DNA of 64,000 nucleotides from Callorhinchus milii. Lineage: Eukaryota. The translations under genes were made by a program, and so were the position numbers. Shown here piece after piece: positions 13,001-21,344 of the stretch. The stretch spans positions 26,042,001 through 26,106,000 of the forward strand of contig NW_024704743.1 of NCBI RefSeq assembly GCF_018977255.1. Direction: 5' to 3'. The notes under the pieces were generated by a model. It searched no databases, was not told where the DNA came from, and was given only the letters and a program-made list of their open reading frames with translations. Numbering within the stretch: the stretch's first letter is position 1; every line of letters starts with the position of its first letter.

Positions 13001-16000
13001 CTTTCCTCAATAGGAAAATAATCTTTTCCTGCATTGAGCACCATGAGACTCTGGTGTACCTGCCCAGAGGATGGGCTCTATTATATAAGTCTTGTAATTG
13101 TAAACACATGTATATAATGTACCATATGAAAACAAGTGTACAAAGGGTGCTTTTAATTATGAAGTTAACATTCAATGAGAAGGATTAATTAATTATATGG
13201 TGTTGGGTTCTATTCTATAAGTTGTGTAAATACATGTATATTATGCGCCATTTTAAAACATGTTTAATAAAAATATAATTCAAATGGTATTAATAAGTCA
13301 CTGTACTTTCAACCCAACAACATAATAAAAGGGGTTAAAATGTCACAGGCTGTAAAATTAGAGGATAACTGTTTTTAAAGCAACATTTTTGTCTTGTAAC
13401 TTGTTCATCTCTAATTCAGCAGTCGATCTGAAAGGTTCAGTGTGTTGTAAGTTATGTGAATGCTGAACACACAGAGCTTGCTCCCTGCCGTTCTGGCCAC
13501 CACTCTACAGGGTATCAGGTACTCAGGATGGCCATGATTCGTCCTGGAGAAGAAAATAATCAGATCCTGTAAAGGAGCCCAAGACTCACCATGCAACAGC
13601 ACAACCCGATTCCAAGCAATCAAATTGCTGTCAACATTTCTGTCAGAAAACAGCAAGGTCGTCGAAACATAGTCAAGCAGCTGCCGGGAAAACAAGGTAA
13701 CACGTTGCTTAATAGCTGCCAGAGACACAACACAGGGTTGCTTCGAAGCACAAAAAGATTAACATAAAATATCGAATTTCAATGAAAATATCATGGCATA
13801 AATAGCAGAGGATTAAAAAGTAGAACTATTGATATTCAGTGGCCTCCCTGCAGCACCCCTTTCCAGCGCCCTGGTATGTCTTTCCAACATGAAGGGCCCT
13901 ATACAAGTGTAATTTGTTGTTGTTGTACATCCTACATTGATGTGGAGTTATGGATGTTGTAAGGAACACGTGTTTAATAGTAATATTCAAAGAGAATAAT
14001 ACTTGCATTTGATATAGCGCCTTATCAAGACTTCGAGACGTCGCTTCACAGAACATATGGTAAGATGAATTAACTGTATATTTTGTAGGCGAAACGCAGC
14101 AGTCAATTGCCCACACCAGTGTCACACAAACAGTCATGGATTGAGTGACCGAATTATTATTTTTTAAATAAAAATTTTGAAGGGATTATTAAGCCTAGAA
14201 AAGCAATCCGCCAAGATCAGAAGATCCAACATTTATAAACAAATTATTAAAATATTCTCAATTAGGCTAAAATGGCTCCTCCTGTATTACTTGTATATAT
14301 TCTTTGACACAAATCAGCTGCATTATAAAAATCTGCCCATAGACTTCAAGCAGACGTCAGAATAGCTGCAAATAGTATTTGTGCCTGTCTTTTCCGCCTA
14401 TTACTTACTTGCGATTTAACTTCGGTGTCATATACCAGGCTCTCCCAGAGACCATGGAATTCACCTGGAAAGAGGGAAGAAACTGTTATTAAATAAATTT
14501 AGAAATGGATATATAATATCATATATCCCTAGTTTGATAACAATGGCTGTTATTTCATTCGCACACAGATAATTCACAATGCAACATCAATGTGCAATTC
14601 CATCATCTCTCTCCCTATATACAAATTCCTGTATTTAATATAAAAAGGTCCCAAGGATGAACAAACTGGCAATTCAATATTTTAAATGGTTCTGATATCT
14701 GTAAACAACTGTTTCAAAGTAACATTTTGAATGTTAGTCATTAAATGCAGGTGTGGAAACCATAGAGTTTAAGTCAAGTAAAATATTTTACTGTTAAACG
14801 TGGGTTGTGCAACCTTAATGTACAACATTTGACAGCAACAAAGGGATAATCTGTAAAATCCATCTATAATCAAAATCAACTCGATCGTCTGAGTTTCTGA
14901 GTCAGGCAGATCCACAGGACTGCAAGGCACTGCTGGAATTGGGAATTACAGGGCTTGAAACCTTCAGTCTTAACAAGAGAATAGCTGTGGTCAAGTAACA
15001 TAAATAGACATTGATATAATGTCTTTCACGTCGGGAGAACATCCCAAGGTGCTTGACAGTCCTGGCTTGGCACCCGAGGTGGGAGTGTGAGCTGAGGAGG
15101 TTGGGGAGGGAAAAGAAGACTGCAGGTGTGGTCCAAGTAGAAGGTCTTGAGATGAACCTTCAAAGAGCTGAAGGAGTGCGAGCGTCGGACAAATTCCGGG
15201 ATGGAGTTCGAATCAGATTGACTAGTTTGACTAAAAGCTGGGTAAATGCTGTTCTCACATGTCCTCGTGGTATAGCAGCCAAAGGCTCCAACCACCTAGC
15301 TGAAGAAGTTCAAAAGAAATGGAATTATTGCAAGTTAAGGAGCAGTTAGGGTCAAAAACATACAGACTTAGAAACAAGAACAAAATCTTGTTGCACTTTT
15401 GCAAAATACAGCACCAAGTTGTAACAGATAATAGAGTGGGTCTAGATTGTAATATTTACTGAGAATTTCTAAAGAAAGTCCCATCAATTGACAAATCAAT
15501 TAAGATTTCCTCTTCACTGCAATTTGCCGCTAGGCCAACATAGCCCTATTTAACAAGCCATGCTGAACATTACTAACATGTGGCACATACCAGCAGGTAA
15601 AAGCCAGTTGCTTGCTGCAGGCATATTCTCTTCTTCCCCCTCGAGAATCTCAGATGATGGACCCTCTTCATTCAGGCGAAAAATGTAAATCGAAAGATTG
15701 TATTTGTTCAGGTCAATGGGCTGCGAGAAAGAAATAACCAATACAGTTTAAGAACAGGTGCACCTTTTCATAACCGATCTGAAAAATAAGAGCCTTGCAG
15801 TCTATCAATGCATCCACCAGAGCAGAACTGCCTTTTTTGACAAGTATTGCAAAGCAAGATATCACAGGAGTCCCGTAGCGTAGTGGTTGGAGCACTCGCC
15901 TCACAAGCAAAAGGTCCCAGGTTCGATTCACGGGCGGGCAAAATCTTAGGCAAGTTTCCTTACTCCACATACATTTGTTTACCTAGCAGTAAGTAGGAAC

Positions 16001-18342
16001 CCGGTTGTTAGTAAATTGGCGGATCGCTTTCTGGATGTAATAAATCCCTCAAAAAAAAATTGCATGACAATGCATGACCGTTTGTGGGACACTGCTGTGT
16101 GTGCAATTGGCTCCCGTGTTTCAGCCACAAAGTACACAGTCAATCCATTTTACAATATATTCTGTGAAGTGCTTTGAGACTTCTCAACGACATAAGGCGC
16201 TGTATCAAATGCAACTTTTTTCAATAATGTTACCTGCAGATGTTCAAGAGACTGCACAGCTGGACTCTCAAACAGCAGTAATTTCAGGCCCCAGTAGAGT
16301 TGACAGTACATTCAGTGGCACTGAAGTGCATTGGATGCTCTAGCAACACATATACTGAAGAAAAGCCATTCACAAGAGCATATAGTATGTGTACAGATCC
16401 TGGACTGATACCTTCCTTTTGCAATTCAGAGAGAAGAAAACCTTAACAAAAAGGGAAGAGCTACGTGTAGCAGCCGGGGTTACACTGCATTGGTAGATAC
16501 CAACATAAGCAATCCATGGGTGCACCACTTCAACTGGTTGGGTGTCAGTCTGGCTCAGTTGGCAATAATATTGTTTTGGGTCAACAGGTTTGTGGGCTCC
16601 AAAACCCTAGATCAGGAATTTAAACTCATAGTCAAGACTGACAGTTCAGTGAATTGCTGCGGAAGTGTTGGAATATGGAGGTGCCGACTTTGAGTGAAAC
16701 AATAAACTGATGACCCGTCTTCCTGTTCAGGTGGACGATGAAGGTCGCATGATCATTTTGAAAAGAGAAAGGGATTTCTCCTGGTGTACTGGCCAGATAA
16801 ATTGGTCACTCATTTTATAGCTGTTTGTGAGACATTGTTGGATGCCAAGTTTGTCTACAGAATACACAGTACAATTCTATCATTTTCCGTGAAGCACTTT
16901 TCGACATTAGAGGCACTATAGCAAAAGCGAGGGTTATTATTTCTACAATAATGCGCAAGAAAGAAAAACAATAAAATAATGAAGTCATGACCTCTGCTTA
17001 TTTTCCTTTTATGTTTCACTGCTACTGAAAAGCATACCAGATTGGTAAATAAACAGAACATGAATGCCGTCACCTAACTAACCAGTACTGTACTAATTAT
17101 AAATGTCCTAAATAGCAGTTTTGATTACAGTCCCCATTTCTTACTTGTCTGTCTTTAATATTCAAATCGGTGTCTATGATAGATACAGAATCTACATTCC
17201 TCGCTAGAAATTCATCGTCAAATTCCTTCCAGATGTAATCGCCAAACACCACCCTGTGCCTGCTGAGCAGCTGAATGACACGTCCCCTGACATCTTCTTC
17301 CTTCACAATACTGTAAAAATAGGAAGAAACCTCGTAGCACATCACTTACAAATACATTCAGCAACAATCTACACCAGAACAGCACCACGTCTAAACTAAT
17401 TAGACGTGGTTAAAAATTCTATGTTGGGACACATGTGCATGCAGAAGGCGAACTAGATGGACCTTCGCCTTTTCTCGTCCAGCATTTCTTATGTTTTTAA
17501 TTTAGGTTGTCTCACCTTCACTTACCAGAGTCAGGCAGTTAATGACCCGCCTGGTCTTGGCAATGGTAATCTATGTGTAACCCTGCAAGCTCAAATTCTA
17601 ACGAACAGAGTGCTCCCAGAAGGGCAAGCAGCGGCAATCTCTACAGTTTTAGCTGGTTAAACAGCAGTACCCCAATGCACACTCTGGGATCCCCTTGTCT
17701 TTTGCCAACCCGGCCTAAAGTACTCCTGAATTAGGTAAACAGGGCGCATTCCTCCGGGAAGTGAGTATTCCATTCCAAACATGGGAATTTCCCATGCACA
17801 AGTGGCAAACATATGTGGAACTTTCAATCTAGTTTTAACACTCTTTACATGGTGATGGACTTCCTGATAGGTCAGATACCTGGCTGACCATTTAAAAATT
17901 CTATGTTGGGTGACACATCAAAGCCTATAACAATATCCTCTGCATACATATTTTGTATTTATTTTGTATCCATCTCCACAGATTGTCTGTGATCATGACA
18001 TTTACCATGTGAAAAACTGCAGACACAAGTCATAGTTTTTTTCAATAGTCAACTAACCCATTACTTTCTTCACCTTTCAAGATCTGGCTTTAAGTTTTCT
18101 TTTTCAAATTTGCCTTTATTTAAACATGAGAATGATCAGCTAGAATCTAAAGGACATTAGCAGCTAATTCTAAACAGGTTTGGTGGTTCTCCTCCAATAT
18201 TCTCAAACTAAAATGCGATCAAGTTCGAATGCAGATAAAATCAAATCACTCACCTGTTCTGTTTTACACAGACTTCCACGTGTATTTGCATTGAATCACA
18301 AGATGGTAAAGCTTGCTTTAAATCTCCAGCCACTGTGTCCAT
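905..18342 (-). CDS. TRIP13: TRIP13 / Pch2 AAA+ ATPase, whole gene span (13 coding exons, 1296 nt, 431 aa)
   Basis: The spliced exons give one open frame, [13 protein letters not shown]...GPPGTGKT (Walker A)...SKWFSE (pore loop)...LIDEVESL (Walker B)...DRAD...KKKLNSEI*. All introns are GT-AG with compatible phases. Confidence 0.98.
1430..1665 (+). mobile_element. CR1-clade LINE 3' end
   Basis: [19 protein letters not shown] ORF2 end and the tail ACGATGGGCCGAATGG..CCTTCTGTGCTGTA. Confidence 0.85.
2079..2148 (-). CDS. TRIP13: TRIP13 coding exon 12 (70 nt)
   Basis: [23 protein letters not shown]; cttag|...|gtgagt. Confidence 0.97.
3570..3895 (+). mobile_element. CR1-clade LINE 3' end interrupted by a 72-bp insert
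   Basis: Same WNALP motif and same tail as the 1430-1665 copy. Confidence 0.82.
3979..4091 (-). CDS. TRIP13: TRIP13 coding exon 11 (113 nt)
   Basis: [37 protein letters not shown]; tttag|...|gtgagt. Confidence 0.96.
5003..5156 (-). CDS. TRIP13: TRIP13 coding exon 10 (154 nt)
   Basis: [51 protein letters not shown]; cacag|...|gtatga. Confidence 0.97.
5868..5974 (-). CDS. TRIP13: TRIP13 coding exon 9 (107 nt)
   Basis: [35 protein letters not shown]; ctgcag|...|gtacgt. Confidence 0.97.
5998..6313 (-). mobile_element. tRNA-Ala-headed SINE with L2-derived tail (short form)
   Basis: Head resembling GAGTCCTGTAGCTCAGTGG with A/B boxes, shared body, stem-loop and (TTA)n tail. Confidence 0.9.
7590..8400 (-). 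mobile_element. L2 ORF2 C-terminal fragment
   Basis: [39 protein letters not shown]. Confidence 0.9.
8699..9014 (+). mobile_element. tRNA-Ala SINE (long form)
   Basis: Family head plus the internal ACCTAGCAGTAAGTAGGAAC module. Confidence 0.88.
9665..9751 (-). CDS. TRIP13: TRIP13 coding exon 8 (87 nt, Walker B)
   Basis: [29 protein letters not shown]; aacag|...|gtaaga. Confidence 0.97.
10346..10409 (-). CDS. TRIP13: TRIP13 coding exon 7 (64 nt)
   Basis: [21 protein letters not shown]; ttcag|...|gtaagc. Confidence 0.97.
11466..11538 (-). CDS. TRIP13: TRIP13 coding exon 6 (73 nt, Walker A)
   Basis: [24 protein letters not shown]; cacag|...|gtgata. Confidence 0.97.
12470..12860 (+). mobile_element. 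Deu-domain SINE (SacSINE1/AmnSINE1-like)
   Basis: tRNA-like head plus the core GGAGGTG.CGTC.TT.GGATGA.AC.TTAAAC.GAGG...CAGGTGGAC..TAAAGATCCCATGGCACTA. Related copies at 9110-9352(+), 16545-16950(+), 43880-44190(-), 46220-46300(-) and 54500-54940(+). Confidence 0.75.
13590..13680 (-). CDS. TRIP13: TRIP13 coding exon 5 (91 nt)
   Basis: [30 protein letters not shown]; ggcag|...|gtgagt. Confidence 0.97.
14409..14464 (-). CDS. TRIP13: TRIP13 coding exon 4 (56 nt)
   Basis: [18 protein letters not shown]; ttccag|...|gtaagt. Confidence 0.96.
15591..15720 (-). CDS. TRIP13: TRIP13 coding exon 3 (130 nt)
   Basis: [43 protein letters not shown]; cgcag|...|gtatgt. Confidence 0.96.
15867..16215 (+). mobile_element. 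tRNA-Ala SINE (long form)
   Basis: Head, internal module and tail match the family. Confidence 0.9.
17145..17310 (-). CDS. TRIP13: TRIP13 coding exon 2 (166 nt)
   Basis: [55 protein letters not shown]; tacag|...|gtaaga. Confidence 0.96.
18254..18342 (-). CDS. TRIP13: TRIP13 coding exon 1 ([29 protein letters not shown])
   Basis: ATG at 18342-18340; donor AG|GTGAGT; resembles human [13 protein letters not shown]. An acceptor ttttag lies 11 nt upstream of the ATG (exon edge 18353). Confidence 0.93.
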
Positions 18343-18909
18343 TTATTTAATTACTAAAACCGGTTGAAAAAAATATAAAAATATAATCAACATTTGCGAA
18401 TTTGACTCTATAAAACTACGACTCGAGTTTTTTTTCGCGGTGGGGAGTAGGGGGTTCTTGTAACAATTAACATTTTCTCGAAAGTACCATGGGAGCATAT
18501 ATTATAAAATAAATTTTGATCATTCTAACAAATTCTTTGGGACTGGTTGAAACACAAAGAATTTTCACAAGAATATCCTGTTAAAAGGGAGGCGAATACA
18601 ATAACAATTTTACATTGACATCGTGCCACCGCTGTCAGGAGGATGTCTGAAAGTGCTTCACACAAAGCTGACTGGTAGCCACGGCTGGGGTGGAGGGAGG
18701 GGAAAGGTGACCGAAAAGATAGCTTTGAAGCTGGGTTTTAAAGGTTGGGAGGGACGGATCGAAGGCTTCTCCTTCTGTTTGATGCCATTCTGTAAGGAAG
18801 AGGGGAGGGGGCAGCTGGCTTGAGCTTTGGTTTAAATATTGCATCTTTTTTAAAAAAATACAGCTATCACTTTACGCAGGAGAACAACTCCCACTCCAGT
18901 TACTAGCCA

Positions 18910-19450
18910 ACAACAATAACAACTTGCATTTAGTGCCCCTCACGCAGGGTAGCGTCCCATAGTGCTTGACGAGGCGCGACACCCAACTGGGGGGAGGTGA
19001 CCGTACTCATGGTCGAAGAGGAAGGTCTTCAGACGCGATCTGAAGAGGAGGAAGGGGCAAGGCAGAGGGATAGAGGAAAACTGTTCCAGAGTTTCGGGGT
19101 GAAGTGGCTGAAGGCGCGGCCGCCAATGGTGGAATGAAGGGCACAAGGGACAGGCAGAAGGCCGGCGCCAGTCGAGCTGAGGGAGGGTTGTTGGTAAGCA
19201 GGTTGGAGCTGTAGGGAGGTGCCAGGGCATGAAGAGATTTGAAAACCAATGTCAGGATCTTGAAATCGATCGATTCGGCAATAGGCAGCCAGTGGAGCCT
19301 GGCTGGAACTGGTCTGATGGGGATGTGGAGTGTGAGTACGCGGTTGGCGGAGTTTGGGGTTGGCTGGGTCCTGTGCACGGCGGAGCTGCGGCGAGACCGG
19401 AGAAGAGGCCAATTGAAAAGTCAAGTCGGGAGGCGACGCACGCACGTTTG
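18910..19450 (-). mobile_element. L2 3' fragment
   Basis: [17 protein letters not shown]...[16 protein letters not shown]; (CAA)n tail at 18910. Confidence 0.9.
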
Positions 19451-19479
19451 AGGTACAAAAGGGTCATCGCAGGGCACCA

Positions 19480-20560
19480 GACTGTGAAATGTCCTCCCTA
19501 CCCTCTGTGATCTCTGACCGCCCCCAACCCCTCCCGCCAAACTATCGGCTCCCTCCGTCCAGCGGGTTCCGGCCTGCTTCACGTCTCCTGCCTTGCCCGC
19601 CCCACCATTGGCGGCCAGGCGGGCGGGCGGGGTGGGGGGGGAGCGAGCCTTCAGCCCCTCTGCCACCCCCCGCCCTCCGGAACTGCATCCCGCGGTCCCT
19701 CCGCCTCGCACCCCCTCCCCCCCCCACCTTGCCTCCTTCAAGACCCCGCCGTCTCAAGACCCTCCTCTTCGACCGGGCCCTCGGTCACCCTCCTACCCCT
19801 TACCCTTACCCCGCCCTGGCGGCTCTCCACCCACCTCCTGATTCCCAACCACCAGCTCCCTCCCCTCCCGCCCCCACCTCACTCGGAAAGGCGCTGAACA
19901 AACGCAATTTGTTGTTGTTGTTGTTGGCCGGCCTTCCCGCCGCCTCCCTCCGCGAGCTGCAGGTCATTCAGAACTCTGCAGCTCGTGTACTGTCCCGCAC
20001 CAGTGCTCCGGGACCACATCACTCCCACCCTCGCTCGCCTCCACTGGCTCCCCATCCCCCAGAGGATCGAATTCAAGATCCTCATCCTCACCTACAAGGC
20101 CATTCACGGCTTCGCTCCCTCCTACCTCTCCGACCTACTATCCCCCTACCTACCTGCCCGTACCCTCCGTTCCTCTGGCTCCGGTCTGCTCCACATCCCC
20201 CGCCCCAACCGCCCTACCATCGGTGGTCGGGCCTTCAGCCTCTCAGCCCCCAGGCTCTGGAACTCTATCCCCAGTGCCTTCGCCGCCTCCTCCCTCTCCT
20301 CCTTCAAGGCCGGTCTCAAGACCTTTCTCTTTGACCGAGCCTTCAGCTCCCCTCTCGACTCTCTACCCCCTCCTCGCTCCCTCCCTTCCCTCCCCTCACC
20401 ATGACCATTACCCCCCTCCCCCCCCCCACGACGCTCGGGTCCCGACCCAACCGTCCAGCGCCTCGGGACGTCCTCCCGACGTGAAAGGCGCTCTATAAAA
20501 TGAAATCTCGTGGTGGTTGTGGTGGTGGCGGTGGCGGTTGTGGGCGCCGTTGCTGTGGCG
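19480..20560 (+). mobile_element. Two tandem L2 3' fragments (19480-19925, 19926-20560)
   Basis: Each fragment ends in an L2 tail. The second is near-identical to 53165-53720 ([23 protein letters not shown]). Confidence 0.92.
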
Positions 20561-20604
20561 ACCACTGTGACGGTGACGGGGCTGTGAGAGACCGGAGCAC
20601 ATAC

Positions 20605-20665
20605 CCCGCGGGGCTTCTCTCTCTCTCTCGACTCGAATCCGCCGCCGCTTCAGCCTACGTCACCC
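20605..20665 (-). other. TRIP13: Putative non-coding first exon of TRIP13 (5' edge approximate)
   Basis: A minus-strand donor GGG|GTATGT (intron begins at 20604) lies at the CpG-island edge. The ATG exon has its own acceptor 11 nt before the ATG, so an upstream exon is needed. Confidence 0.55.
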
Positions 20666-21295
20666 ACCTACGCAGGCACGCAATGCGTCACATGTTCCAA
20701 GCCCCCGCCCCCCCCGCGCCAGGGTGGCGGGACGCACCCCTCCGCCCCCACCCTCACCCCGCGCGCGCCCGCCCGCCCGCCGGCCGTCGGGGCGGAAACG
20801 CCGATTGGCTGAACCAGCCGCCGCTCATCGTCGCCCCGCCCCCCCCCCTGCGTCGGCGGACCGCGCCGCTCATTGGTGCATCCCGCCTGCCACTCAGCCG
20901 AACGTCGCTCTGTGCTGTGATTGGCTCCTTCTCTCTCTTTCTCGCTCTCTCTCTCTCTCTCGCTCTCTCTCCCCCTCCCGCCCCTCCCCCTCCGCCTCTG
21001 TGCTGGAAACTGACGGAACAAAGGAGGCCGGAGAGAAGAGAAACGCGCTTGCGCGTGGCTCCACTTCCTCGCGGCGCAGCACCACCCCACCCCACCCGCT
21101 GGCCCGCTCGCGCGCGCGCGCGCACGTCCCCCCGCCCTCCCTCCCTCCCCCCCCCCCCCACCCCGTGCCGCCCCAGTAACGGTCAGTGCGCGAGAGGCGA
21201 GCGGAAGTGGTGCGCAGAGGCCCCGTCCCCCCCCCCCCCCCCTCCCTCCCTCCTCCCGTGGTCTCAGGACGACGTCTGGGCGGCCGTTGTCAGCA

Positions 21296-21344
21296 ATGGG
21301 CAAGAAACACAAGAAGCACAAGAGCGAGTGGCGCTCGTACGACG
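21296..21344 (+). CDS. BRD9: BRD9 exon 1 coding part ([16 protein letters not shown])
   Basis: GCAATGG Kozak context; donor G|GTCAGT. Confidence 0.95.
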
